Part shown: positions 43,501 through 55,672 of the stretch, piece after piece
Layout of the letters: every line of letters begins with the position of its first letter
Numbering within the stretch: the stretch's first letter is position 1
Origin: Eledone cirrhosa
Lineage: Eukaryota
Length of the DNA stretch: 64,000 bases
Direction of reading: 5' to 3'
NCBI GenBank assembly: GCA_964016885.1
Contig: OZ024742.1
Coordinates: forward strand, 307,024,001 to 307,088,000
Made by a program: the position numbers and the translations under genes
Notes under the pieces: model-generated
Told to the model about the DNA's origin: nothing
What the model saw: only the letters and a program-made list of their open reading frames with translations
The model's database searches: none

Positions 43501-44270
43501 ATTGTCGTTTGTTAGAGCAGTAGTGTGCATTACGTGTGGTTATAGTGTGACCTACAGACCCAGATGCCTTCAGTATCTCGGCAGCTATACCCGATGGAAC
43601 GGTTGCCTTCCCCATCTTCATATCTTTGATTGCCTTACTTACTACGCTGATGCTGACTTGTACTGCTGGCCCCTCTATAGGGTCTACTTGGGGTAGGGTC
43701 TGTTCTTCCCATGCATTCTCATCATTTAGTAATCTATCATAATGGCTCTTCCATGCATCTTTCTTCTCAGCACTTGTGAGAGCAAGCTCACCTTTATCAT
43801 TAAGTTCGTCTGGCAACCCCGATTGGGGTGCGTAAGCTGATATTATTGAGGTAAATGTTTTATTTAGGACTAGTCTGAGTTTAATGATTCTTGCATTTAC
43901 CCTGTTCACTGAGATTACTTTATCTACCTACATGTCAGCTAGTAGAATACCTACGCCACCCATCCCATCGTCATTTCCCACCCAGAAGAATTTGTAGCAC
44001 TGACTTTTTCCTACAAAGACTCTAGCAGACTCTCCTCTCCTCTCTTGCACACAGCATACATCAATTTCGTTTCGCTCTAGCATCTCTACGATTTCTCCTG
44101 CTCTTACTTTCATTGTGCTTACATTGATGGTACCAACTCGGAGTTTTGGGCATTTGTCAACATTCGTGGGTAAGGGTCGATTTTTGCAGGGGTGTGCGTG
44201 TGCTTCCTGTCTCTGAATTGAAGCTTCACATGGGTGCTTGGTAGCTCGCGGATTCATATTCATTTTCATT
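40551..44270 (-). mobile_element. Near full-length RTE-clade LINE (APE endonuclease plus RT), disrupted
   Basis: APE motifs RVGTINV, DVCCVQE, SAYAPQ, IAGDFNGHVG, SQIDFIL, SQHNLV. RT motifs QFGFVPGRGTTDA, FVDLEKAFDRV, GVHQGSVLSPLLF, LLYADD. (GAT)n 3' tail at 40551-40573. Stop at 43928, frameshift near 42850. Confidence 0.97.
40862..42880 (-). CDS. RTE reverse transcriptase domain (uninterrupted 672-aa stretch of a disrupted ORF) with an embedded PHD-like Cys/His finger
   Basis: RT motifs as above, plus CSVC..CPKCKQWVHKRC..CSSC after the YADD motif. Confidence 0.9.
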   Translation of the reverse strand: MERMEERGSRVHYIETKREARRQVYLARREAGDRKFKHVLQREDQKREVFKIAKQCVRKNCDVIGEKCIRNDKGELALTSAEKKDAWKSHYDRLLNDENVWEEQTLPQVDPIEGPAVQVSISVVSKAIKDMKMGKATVPSSIAAEMLKASGSVGHTITTRIVNQVILEGVIPKDWCSSIIVNCYKGKGDALDRGNYRGIKLMDQVMKVTERVIAQLIRDRVKLDEMQFGFVPGRGTTDALFLVRQLQEKYLAIGKPLYLAFVDLEKAFDRVPRTIIWWALRKLGVDEWLVKAVQAMYRGAVSKVRISNEYSEEFSVQVGVHQGSVLSPLLFIIVLQAITEEFKTGYPWELLYADDIALIAESMVELEKKFQTWKQGLERKGLKVNLTRTKVLVSRLENRTQIPSGKWPCSVCRKCVGRNSILCPKCKQWVHKRCSGISGSLIKNVGFTCSSCAGTASSKQPQETSTTNLWEGSVETVDSFCYLGDRISSRGGCSESTITRVRTGWKKFRELLPLLAAKGFSLNMKGRLYDACIRTAMLHGSETWALKVEDLRRLERNEACMLRWMCNSNIRERQRINELRKRLSIRGIKCCVQERRLRWYGHVMRMKDDSCIKRGRALEVIGNRGVGRPKKTWDEAIKADLTQLHLSKAMTHDRDFWRHAVIQSTQPPMGTS

Positions 44271-44519
44271 TATTAATTCAGGGTTGCTCCATTTATTCTC
44301 AGCTCATTCATACATAACGGTAGGAAAATTCAGGGCTAGAAGAACAGTGGTGGTGGTAATAATGGTAGGATGTGTTGGGCTGGGACGGGGGAGGAGAGAG
44401 GTAGGTAGTAGTAGAAATAGTTTGTTGGGGTTGGTAGTGGGTGAGTGGGGCATGCTGAGATTTGATTGGTCGAATAGGCTATGGTGGTGTGAGGGGGTGG
44501 GTGGGATGGAAATTGTGAG

Positions 44520-45145
44520 GTAGGTAGCCAAATCATGGCCTGTAGCATCTCATGGCAAAATAGACGGATAGGAGTAGATGACTTTGAAGAGAAGGTGAAC
44601 TGATAAATTAAACAACACTAATAATAGTGTAAGAGAGAGGAGAGTAGATAACTTCGTAGAGAGGCAGCATGGTAGAGAAAATGAGGGTAAAAATAAATGT
44701 GTTGTGGAAGCTAGTGAAGTGATAAATACAGCAATAATTGTGTGAGCAGAACATTTGCAATTGGGGAAATACCTGGAAGATTTGTATGGATAGATGGCTG
44801 GAACGTGGTTAAGCAGCTCTAGTGATTCATTTTAGCCTTTCAGAGTCAATTATGTCTTATCTCTTCAAGAACTTCAAGATGAGTGAGGAAGGAATGGGTG
44901 AGGGGGAAAGGGAGGTAATAGGTGGCTTAGAGATAGATAGAGAGGGGGAGAGAGAGAGGGTAGCCCTCATAGAGAAAGAGAGAGATAGAGAGAAGGTAGC
45001 CATCATAGAGAGAGGGTCGCCGTCATGGCAAAATAGACCGATAGGAGTAAATACAACAACACTAATAATAGAGTAAGAGAGAGGAAGAGAGTAGATGACT
45101 TCGTAGGTAGCCAAATCATGGCCTGTAGCATCTCATGGCAAAATA

Positions 45146-45153
<8 letters not shown>
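44520..45153 (+). repeat. Permuted direct repeats ending at (TA)n
   Basis: GTAGGTAGCCAAATCATGGCCTGTAGCATCTCATGGCAAAATAGACGGATA at 44520 and 45103; 44550-44660 is partly repeated at 45023-45105. Confidence 0.75.
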
Positions 45154-45189
<36 letters not shown>

Positions 45190-45194
<5 letters not shown>

Positions 45195-45450
45195 GTTTGG
45201 AGTTGAAAAGCCAAAACAATGCAGGTATGGATATAGAAGGGAAATGCAAATGCAAAAGATATTGTTGACAATTAGTCTTTTACCTTAAATTTATTTAAAT
45301 ATCCTTAATTTATGAGATAATATCTCAAAAATTAAGGATATTTAAATAAATTTAAGGTAAAAGACTAATTGTCAACAATATCTTTTGCATTTGCATTTCC
45401 CTTCTATATCCATACCTGCATTGTTTTGGCTTTTCAACTCCAAACGTTTA
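45190..45450. repeat. Near-perfect ~260-bp palindrome between (TA)n tracts
   Basis: TAAACGTTTGGAGTTGAAAAGCC...TCCTTAATTT mirrored around TGAGATAATATCTCA. Confidence 0.95.
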
Positions 45451-45490
45451 CACCTCATCACACAATGCTTCAAGTGAACTACAACTTCCT

Positions 45491-45558
<68 letters not shown>

Positions 45559-46119
45559 GTGTTTCATCTAGAATCTTACAATAGCTAATGCTGAGTATGA
45601 TCATTATGTAAGCATATATGCCGAAGGTTTCAGAATCAGCTCTGGTGTTTTTTAAGGATACCTCTACTCTATTCACTAAATCAACGGAAATCGCAGGTCA
45701 CTGTTGTGAAGGATGTAATTACTGACACCATTGAACAAAGACCTTTCATCACATATTTGAATATTGTTTTCTCAATATATGAGGGTGTAGCGGCAAAAAG
45801 TAAACTGATTCTTAGTAGGTTCCGGATAAAGAAGAAATTTCTTAGAATTTGATGGCAGTTATATCACATAGAATCTCCACGAGTGTGTCAGTGTTGTCTG
45901 GGGATCCGGTGTTGTTTCCAATGATTGTAAAGGGGAAATTCTTGTACCTCTTTACAAATGTATGAGTGTGAGAAAAAAGAGTAAGAATTAACGGAGCATT
46001 AATCTGTTGTCAGTCGTTAACAAGCTTCCAGCAAGTATTCTTATTACCGACTGAATATATTCTTTGATATTGATGTCCTTCTGGAAATTCTGTAGTTTAC
46101 ATACTATTAGTTAAACATT

Positions 46120-46400
46120 GGATTATTTTTACAAGTTAGATGCAGAATAACTATGAACAAAACATGGGTTTTTGTACAGGTTTTAATTGATCTACCAAAA
46201 GCTTTCAGTTCTACGAATATGACAGCTGTGTAAAATACTCTGCAAACTCAGTTTCTCATATCACTATCTATCGGTAACTATATCATTTGACAATGAATTA
46301 AAAGCATATGTCTGTATCACTGGCATCATAATCAGACGTATTCGTGTAGGGAATTGTGTCATGCAGGGAGGTATGTTAACCCTCTTTTCCTTGTATTTCT
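46120..46400 (+). mobile_element. Highly decayed RTE-like RT fragment
   Basis: LIDLPKAF and NCVMQGGML remnants. Confidence 0.45.
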
Positions 46401-47080
46401 CTGTGACTCACACCCTTGCTTTTTTATTTACATTTTTACTTAATCTACCATGCTATAATAATTTGATATAAATAGTGTGCATATATGTGTCGTATATATC
46501 AGCAACCCATTTATTGCTGTTCTCCTTACTAGATATAGTAACCAAATCCCCATTAAAAAAGAAAGTCTACTTTGGATAATGACCTAGAATGACAATAAGC
46601 TTAGAAATTGTAAGATGGGATAGTGTCAGCCAGAACGCCTTTCTCCAAGCGAGATTAGAACTAGTAAGGGATTAAATAACAACAACAGCAATAACAACGA
46701 CAACAGTGGTAATAACATTTATAAGATCCTGCTTTGTAATATGCAGCCCACGTCATTAGCAGCAAATACGCTGCTAATATAACTGAAGTTCAATTATTGA
46801 AACGTTACAGAAAATAAAAATCTTCGTTAATTTGAATTAAATTTCTTTTAGTTTATTTTTTGTTCTTCAGAAATCAATAATGTAATGTGAAAATAAGAAA
46901 AAATAATTTAATATCTAATATTCTGGATTTTCTTTCTGAATACGACATTTTCCTTTGTTATATGTCTGCAGTGAAGTGGGGTGGGGAGTGAGTGGTGGAA
47001 TTTGAACTAATAATATAACAAAGTTGTTGAAGAAACGGATGGGACAAAATCGATAAGAAAAAGAATGTAAGAAGCCAACT

Positions 47081-47152
<72 letters not shown>

Positions 47153-47316
47153 AAACAGTGAGAGGAGGGGTGAATGTAGATGAAGAGGGGGGGGGCAGGT
47201 GATACAAAGACCTCGGGAAGAAAACCCACATCTACTATCATTTGATTAATAAATAATGCCATTATATTTTTATTTTTTTTATTTATAATTATCGAAGGTA
47301 ATTTTAAAAACTCATC

Positions 47317-47404
<88 letters not shown>

Positions 47405-47922
47405 CAGATGAGTGTATGGAAGCATATACAATATGTTTATGTATAATAAACATGCACATGTCTGGCTAAAGGAGGTTTAAATTGTGAACATATCGCAGCT
47501 ACCTCAGTCTCCGTGTGAGAATGCTAAATACCAGCATCTCAGGAATGTTAGTGATGATCACCCACATAGTACTGAGGCAGATAAGCTGTAGATCATATTT
47601 CTCTCCTTTATATAGATATAATTTATTTTATAATTATTCAGACGTTAGAGAGAAGGTGGTGCTTGCGATAATTCCGAGCCCTACTATCGTATTAATATGA
47701 ATGGCAAGATGTTCAATTTGAATACAATCAAATAAACCCTTTAAAAAGATATTAAGCAATAAGGAAATTACAGAAGAAGGAATTTCTGCTAAAGAACAGT
47801 TTATGAATGGAGTTTTGGAAGGAATACAATTGTATTGAATGAAATGAGAAACAAGAGTTTAATCCGTTTAGCTCGGAGAATCGTTGTCTTTTGTACGAAG
47901 ACTGACAGTGCAGGGGTAAATG

Positions 47923-47989
<67 letters not shown>

Positions 47990-48550
47990 TATATGTATAT
48001 ATATATATAATATTAAGGATACTATTTATAGTTATGTATATTTTAAACTTTTTATAGTTATGTATATTTTAAACTATAAACAGGGAAGGTCAGTAATTTA
48101 TTACTACTTTATTACCAGTAAGATAAATAGCTCGATGTAATAACATCAGTTGTTCTACGGAGCAGTTATATAGAATTCACAAAAAAAAATACCCTACCAC
48201 TACAACCACCATAATACTCTTGCTTACCCGTTTAAAGTGCTTGCATTACATGTAACACCTTGCCACACAATAATCGTATATAAATGACACACACTTGCAT
48301 GCTCCATGTGTGACTAACGCATACACTATCTACTAGATCTGACTATCAAACTATCCTCTTACATTATCTGTGTTATCTGCCGCATGTATTTTAATTTTTA
48401 TTTTTATTTTAATTTTAAATTTGAATTGCTGTACAAATATAGTATAGTATAATATATGTCACTCGACTGTACATCAATATATATATATATGTATCTGTAT
48501 GTCTCCTGCGTTGGAAAGGAGGTCAATTATATGTACAAGCATTGAAAAAT

Positions 48551-48595
48551 GCTCCGAAGACTCCAAGCCTGGGTTTGAATGAAACAATTGTAAGT
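48551..48595 (+). ncRNA. Variant minimal hammerhead motif (U4C)
   Basis: gcu-CCGAAGA-cuccaagcc ug gguuugaau-GAAA-CAAUUG-UA^agu. Palindromic ACAAUUGU stem III; (TA)n about 40 nt downstream. Confidence 0.6.
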
Positions 48596-48633
48596 GAATA
48601 AATGCTTTGAACATAGCTTTAATTCTTGTGAAT

Positions 48634-48662
<29 letters not shown>

Positions 48663-48665
<3 letters not shown>

Positions 48666-49015
48666 ATTGTTTCTATTTTTGGCACAAGGCCAGCAATTAC
48701 CCAGTACATTACTGGTACTTTATTTTATCGACCCCGTAAGGATGAAAGGCAAAGTTAACCTCGGCGGAATTTGAACTCAGACAATAAAGGGCCGTAACTC
48801 TTTATTTATACTATTATATAGTAATAATTATTTCTACTTTTGGGACAAGGGCAGCAATTACCCAGTGTATTACTGGTAATTGATTTTATCGACCCCATAA
48901 GGATGAAAGCCAAAGTTAACCTCGGCGGGATTTGAACTCAGAATGGCAAGGGCTGTAACTCTATGCGTCAAAGCATGGCATCTAACCCTCTACCGATACT
49001 GCCAATCCACCGCCC
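48663..49015 (-). mobile_element. Two SINE family A copies (48663-48800 truncated; 48824-49015 full)
   Basis: Reverse-complement matches to family A. Confidence 0.9.
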
Positions 49016-49534
49016 TGGTGAAATAATAATACGTATTTATGTGTGTATATTTATATATGTGTGTATATTTATATACGTTTATATAATTATATATTTGTTT
49101 AGCAAGATTCTTTATCTGAAATCGTGTGTTGAAACCGATATTGTTATACTTTGGGAGGGTCATGTTGCCAATAAGAAACACACGCACCAGTTGCTTTCAC
49201 TTCAATTTATTATAATAAATTTATAATAAATTTATAAATTTATAAATTTCTGGTTGGTTGATTGGTTCCACAACCAGATAGTTGTTTATATATAGTCATA
49301 GTTCTTTCGTCACACACTCTGTGACCTCTTTAGTGACTGGGGATTCCTTTCTTTGTTTCTGTGCCTCTCCTTTGTTCTGTCCTACGCCATTTTGTTTCTG
49401 TGTGTGTGTTGTGTGCTCAGTCTGCGCATGCGCCACATCCGGGTGTCTGTGTGTGTTTATGTTCATTTATTTATTTGTTTATTTGTTACTGGTTGGTTGT
49501 TTGTTCTATGTGTGTGTGTGTTTTCATTTTGTCC

Positions 49535-49830
49535 TTAATTGTAAGTTGTGATGTTGCTGTTCCACTCATATTTTCTATTTAATTTTGGTTGTAATTCTTT
49601 TATGTTTATTGCCTCTGTAATTTGTCTAAACATTGCGTCTTTTCTGTGTGTAGATTCTATTTTTATTTCTATGTTCTCTAATTTACCCTTGTGTTCTATT
49701 TTAGCATGTTGGTAGAGTACAGAGGATTCTTTACTATCTTGAAGGTCTCGCCAGTGTTCGTTTATCCGTTCCCCTACACTACGAGCTGTCTCACCTATGT
49801 ACACTATATTTTTGTCTCTACATTGTCCTT
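49535..49830 (-). pseudogene. GIY-YIG endonuclease C-terminal fragment of a Penelope-like element
   Basis: VYIGETARSVGERINEH...SVLYQHAKIEH...RQITEAINIKELQPKLNRKYE. Confidence 0.92.
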
Positions 49831-49892
49831 CAGTACAAAATGGCGTAGGACAGAACAAAGGAGAGGCACAGAAACAAAGAAAGGAATCCCCA

Positions 49893-49935
49893 GTCACTGA
49901 AGAGGTCACAGAGTGTGTGACGAAAGAACTATGAC
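49893..49935 (+). ncRNA. Minimal hammerhead ribozyme in the PLE pseudo-LTR (mirror copy 49295-49337 has a core mutation, CUAAAGA)
   Basis: GUCA-CUGAAGA-g-GUCACA gagug UGUGAC-GAAA-GAAC-UA^UGAC. Confidence 0.85.
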
Positions 49936-50099
49936 AATATATAAACAACTATCTGGTTGTGGAACCAACCAACCAACCAGGAATTTATAAATTTATAAAT
50001 TTATTATAAATTTATTATAATAAATTGAAGTGAAAGCAACTGGTGCGTGTGTTTCTTATTGGCAACATGACCCTCCCAAAGTATAACAATATAATTATA

Positions 50100-51014
50100 T
50101 AATTATATAATTATATAATTATATGTATACACACACACATATATATATATTTTTATATATATTTTTTTTATGTGTATTTGGTGTATACGTTCGTATGTGT
50201 GCGGGTACAGGCATTGCGTGAGTTCTGTGTGTGCGTGCGTGGTTTTTTGTGTATATGCTTGTATTTGCATACCCATGGCGGGTGTTTTCGCGTATGCATG
50301 TGTATGTACGTATATGGATGTGTGCATGTATATATTTAATTTTTGTTGATTTCAATTACTTCTGTAATTTACTTATATTATTCTTAACTCTGTAGCCGAG
50401 TATCATTCGGTTTCCTTAATAGAGTTTTAGGTTACGACTTCGGTTATACCATAAACGTGGTTTTGTCTTTGCGTGTAATTGTTCTCATCGCCCCACATAA
50501 TGACCTATTATCTTCGTTTTTTTTCGTTCGTTGCCAGAGAACGTCTCCACGAACCACCTAATAGAGTATTAGACTACAACTTCATTTATACCATAAACGG
50601 GGTTTTGTCTTTGCGTGTAATTGTTTTGACCGCTCCTAATTATGACGTATTATTTTCGTGTTTCTTTTGGATTGGCAGTATCGGTAGAGGGTCGGATGCC
50701 ATGCTTTGACGCATAGAGTTACGGCCCTTGCCATTCTGAGTTCAAATCCCGCCGAGGTTAACGTTGCCTTTCATCCTTATGGGGTCGATAAAATCAAGTA
50801 CCAGTAATACACTGGGTTATTGCTGGCCTTGTGCCAAAAGTAGAAACAATTATTTTCGTTATTTTCCGTTCTTTGCCAGGGAACGTTTCCACGAACCAAA
50901 GTATCGTCTTCCTGTCTTCCTTCGGTTACAACGTTTTTCGAAATATTTACTTCTGCGTTCACAGATTGATATTTTTAGTTTTAGAAGATCCCGTTAAGGG
51001 TGAAAGCACCGATT

Positions 51015-51078
<64 letters not shown>

Positions 51079-51700
51079 TAACAGACTAAAGTTTAAGCAA
51101 AGAATCGCTGCTTTCACCCTTAACGGGATCTTCTGAAACAAAATAAATAAATCTGTGAACGCAAAAGTAAAGATTTCGAAAAACGTTGCAACCGAAGGAA
51201 AACAGGAAGACGATACTTTGGTTCGTGAAGACGTTCCCTGGCAATGAACGGAAAAAAGCGAAGATAATACGTCATTATGTGGAACGGGGAGAACAATTGC
51301 ACGCAAAGACAAAACCACGTTTATGGTATAAATGAAGTCGTATTCTATTTATGAAACCGAATGATTCTCGGCTTCAGAGTTAAGAATAATGTAAATAAAT
51401 TAGTAGAACGAAAATGACAGAGGTTATTGAAATCAACAATAATTAAATATATACATACACGCATCCATATACGTACATACACATGCATAAGCGAGAACAC
51501 CCGCCATGCATGCATATATGTACACATAAACACGTACACATAAACACGCGCACACATAAATCCGCACGACACCTGTACCCGCACACATACGAAAGTATAC
51601 ACCAAATGCACATTAAAAAATATATATGTGTGTGTGAGTGTATATAATTATATAAACGTATATAAATATACACATAAATACGTATATATAACGCACGCAC
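50100..51700. mobile_element. Two tail-to-tail copies of a repeat family facing a central (TA)n (51017-51073); left copy carries a SINE A insertion (50667-50852) and the PLE
   Basis: 50850-51017 is inverted at 51100-51270; 50150-50510 is inverted at 51255-51625; 49030-49092 matches 51640-51690. Confidence 0.8.
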
Positions 51701-52269
51701 ACACATACCTACAGGTAAATACACATATGTTCACTAAACGTACGTCAGCCAAAACACACAGTTCACATATACACACACCTTACATACGTGCAAACACGCA
51801 TACACACACAAACACAAAATACGCAAATACACATAACAATATACACATGTACCAGTATATATAATATAATATATACACCTATAACAAATACAAGAAAATA
51901 TACGAACGAGAAAGTATACGTACCTTCACAAAACATACGGGTAAGGTATACTAACCTATATAAATAAGTAATGGTATAAACATAAAATATACTTAGCTAC
52001 CACATCAAGACGTAAATTATCAGCGTATTCTTCGTACTATCCGTTAGGGTATAATGTGGGGCTGTAATACAGGAAGGTTTTATGCAATTTATGTTTACAA
52101 GCCGAAATTGCCTCCAATTTTTTAGTGTCTGCAGTTTTGTTTACATGGCAGCACAAGTGCAAGAATGAAGGGTTCATTCTACTGACATGACTTTAAAAAT
52201 GAGGCTTGTTTGCATAATTGTAAGCGAATCGAATATTATTATTAATATTCATAAAACTCAGATTACATT

Positions 52270-52307
<38 letters not shown>

Positions 52308-52344
52308 ATGAGAAGAATGAATACTGCGTGGTTGCACATGGGTT

Positions 52345-52417
<73 letters not shown>

Positions 52418-52420
<3 letters not shown>

Positions 52421-53262
52421 ATTAGAATTGGTGCTCTGAAATAGCGATATATATATATATGAATGTATATATAGTGTATTTTGCAATACACTGTATGCTT
52501 AATTAAAAGCATTTTGAAGAACATACGCCATTGTTTTAAAGTAGTGACAATGTCACTTACTTAAATTTCCAGCAAACAGGGGAGATAAGCTGACAGATCT
52601 ATGTTTCGTACTTGTTGGTACTTATCAAAGGTCACTACTCTTCCTGTTTGCTGAAAATTATGTGTGTTTGATTCTTATAGAATTCCAGTGATAATCAGGA
52701 ACTGATTATACAGAGCGGTCGCCGGTCCAGCAGAAATTGAAAATTAGAATTGGTGCTCTGAAATAGCGATATATATATGAATGTATATATATTGTATTTT
52801 GCATTACACTGTATGCTTAATTAAAGGTATTTTGAAGACCATACGCTATTGTTTTAAAGTAGTGACAATGTCACTTACTTAAATTTTCTTAATTAAAATG
52901 CTTTTAATTAAGCATACAGTGTATTGCAAAATACACTATATATACATTCATAAATATATCGCTATTTCAGAGCACCAATTCTAATTTTCAATTTCTGCTG
53001 GACCGGCGACCGCTCTGTATAATCAGTTCCTGATTATTACTGGAATTCTATAAGAATCCAACACACATAATTTTCAGCAAACAGGATAAGTACCAACAAG
53101 TACGAAACAGAGATCTGTCAGCTTATCTCCCCTGTTTGCTGGAAATTTAAGTAAGTGACATTGTCACTACTTTAAAACAATAGCGTATGTTCTTCAAAAT
53201 GCTTTTAATTAAGCATACAGTGTATTGCAAAATACACTATATATACATTCATATATATATAT
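52418..53262. mobile_element. Tandem-plus-inverted module (~325-bp unit), same family as 37390-38030
   Basis: AAATTAGAATTGGTGCTCTGAAATAGCG at 52418 and 52741; inversion point near 52890; (TA)n on both flanks. Confidence 0.8.
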
Positions 53263-53478
53263 ATATATAATCCTGCAGATTTTATTTCTATATATAATAT
53301 AGATGCATATACTCTACCAATGTATTGAGTACGATTTCAACAGTTGTTACTCCCGACACAAGTCGGGAATCTACATATTAAATATATATATTAAATATAT
53401 ATAAACAAACAAAGTTATGTCTACACAGAATATTTCACATCGGTCATTGGTTATTCTTTTGAACTGTTTCATTGTTAC

Positions 53479-53512
53479 ATTTGAAGAGGGTGTGATAACC
53501 CTGAAATATCAT
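53479..53512 (+). ncRNA. Variant minimal hammerhead motif (C3U)
   Basis: au-UUGAAGA-GGGU gugaua ACCC-u-GAAA-UA-UC^au. Confidence 0.5.
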
Positions 53513-53689
53513 ATTAGGTAAAACATTATTTCGTTTTGTTTTATTTGTCACTCTTTGCCTTTTATATATTTCTACCGCAGTGTACCGGCTTCATGAAGCA
53601 TATCTGTCTTTTATTACATACCTCATAATGCTTCGTATTAACTATACTAATAATTTTATTGTATATAAAGCAAAGAAAATCACAGCACA

Positions 53690-54030
53690 TCATATATGTC
53701 TCCTCGTTCTGGCAGACAGAATGGGGAATGCGTTACCATGGACGAAAGGAAGAAAGATTCTCTGAAATAGCCAGTCCACCACACGTGATTCGTTTGTGTT
53801 GATGACTACCATATCCCAATGAAAGTTAGTAGGTTAAATGTTTTCACAGTTATGGGTTCGGTACGAATCCTATATGTGATTATCTGGTACTTTGTCATCT
53901 TGCGATTTTCTGTCTGTCGAGCGAAGAAGCCAGGATTTGACACCAAGTTCAGTGGGCTGCCTCCAGAGAAAATGTCTCTGCAGGTTTCATCAAAGATTAA
54001 GGTCTGATGGTATTGGAAAGCTAATACTGT
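53690..54030 (-). pseudogene. Old CRE-like RLE fragment
   Basis: LIFDETCRD..NPGFFARQTENRKMTKY..EPITVKT then, frameshifted, DWLFQRIFLPFVHGNAFPILSA; aligns with the 5911-6267 peptide. Confidence 0.7.
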
Positions 54031-54334
54031 ATTGTCGTTGTGAACAGATATTCTAAATAAGTACAACACATCCTCACAAACACTAGGGAAAGAGTATAAT
54101 TAATTAGAATTATTCAATGTGATCAGGTATTTAATATCACCACAATAACATCTGAATAGACTCGACATAAATGAACAATTCTTTGGAATAAACATCTCTT
54201 AAATCAAACAAATCATCCTACATGGTGGTTACATAGTCATCCCACATACGTAGTTACAAGCCGCTAGATAATACCAAATTTGATCCACAACTTAACCTCT
54301 ACTAAATTATACATAGGTCTCCCCAATTATAGGC

Positions 54335-54560
54335 CTCACTGATCGTAAGTCTCCATGATCATAGTATCTTTGGTATTTAGGTCTCTCTAATCATAGGTTT
54401 CATTGATCAAGTTCCTCACATCATAAAACTCTCGGATCATAAGCCTCTGATCATAAATCTCTCTGATCGTAAAACTTACTGATCGTAAATCTCTCTGATC
54501 ATAAATCTTACTGATCATGTCTCTCTGGTCATAGAACTCTCTTATCATAGATATCTTATA
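54335..54560 (+). repeat. Degenerate ~17-20-bp minisatellite (TCTCTGATCATAAA)
   Basis: Read directly. Confidence 0.7.
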
Positions 54561-55209
54561 TGACAAGTCTCTTTCTCAGCAAGATTTACCTAGAGCTAAA
54601 CAACTACAATGAACACTTCAAAATAATTAATCTTTCCTCCTGGAAATTGAGTTAAACATGTAATATTCCTTCGCCTTACTGACTGATCTTGAGACTGATT
54701 TAAAGATGTAGTATTCACTCGTCCTACTAACTAATCTCTGACTAAGGTTAAAAAGAATATATCTTCTCAAAATGGCGATTTGTGAGATCGAAATCCAAAC
54801 ATCCTTCTTAAATAAATATTCTGTACACATAAACCCACTTACACACATACACATACATATACATATAGTCATTAACTTTATAATATATATATATATATAG
54901 TACCAAAAATTATATTAAGGATTTCATGCCTGAGAGTATATATATATGCAACACAAAAATAACGCTGGAGCCATTTTTTTAACATAAAAACAGGTAGAAT
55001 TCCCAAAACTAATCAGATCAGAGCAAACAGCACGGACACTCTATCTCAAAATTATTTTTGAAAAGCATTTAGAAATGCGCAACCGGTAAAAACTTAAAAA
55101 CTTAAAACCACAACTGAATACTAACCCATACAATCACTAATACTCTTTTATTCCTAATTAAACCATTTTTCAACTGTGAACAATTTGTCAGCATTTTCTA
55201 TTCCGTTTA

Positions 55210-55291
<82 letters not shown>

Positions 55292-55292
<1 letters not shown>

Positions 55293-55473
55293 ATAATTGT
55301 TTCTACTTTTTGGTACAAGGCCAGCAATTGCCCAGTGTATTACTGGTACTTTTATCGACCCCGTAAGGATGAAAGGCAAAGTTAACCTCGGCGGGATTTG
55401 AACTCAGAATGGCAAGGGCCGTAACTCTATGCCTCAAAGCATGGCGTCCGACCCTCCACCGATACTGCCAATT
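55292..55473 (-). mobile_element. SINE family A
   Basis: Reverse-complement match, tail abutting (TA)n. Confidence 0.92.
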
Positions 55474-55672
55474 CAAATGAAAGTTAGAGTTAATAACTCA
55501 TACTGAAACCCTGTAATTAACAAGCTCAAAGTATTAAAATATTTGTAGTAAGAAATACAGTAAATCGCTTGTCTAATATTACGAGGGTTGAAGAACCACA
55601 TTTGAAATATTTAACCATGAAGCAGACAGAATGATAAAATAAAATAAAATTAAATAAATATTTATATATATA

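Larger units (their letters stand above)
49095..50090 (-). mobile_element. 5'-truncated Penelope-like element with an inverted pseudo-LTR
   Basis: GIY-YIG ORF on minus; 49140-49395 is inverted at 49836-50090; hammerhead motifs in both arms; ATATAATTATAT on both flanks. Confidence 0.92.

Noticed and set aside
40992-43696. Plus-strand ORFs of 148, 210 and 124 aa
   Set aside because: Antisense shadows of the RTE ORF.
53806-54069. Apparent host exon
   Set aside because: Aligns to the CRE-like RLE peptide at 5911-6267 and is frameshifted.
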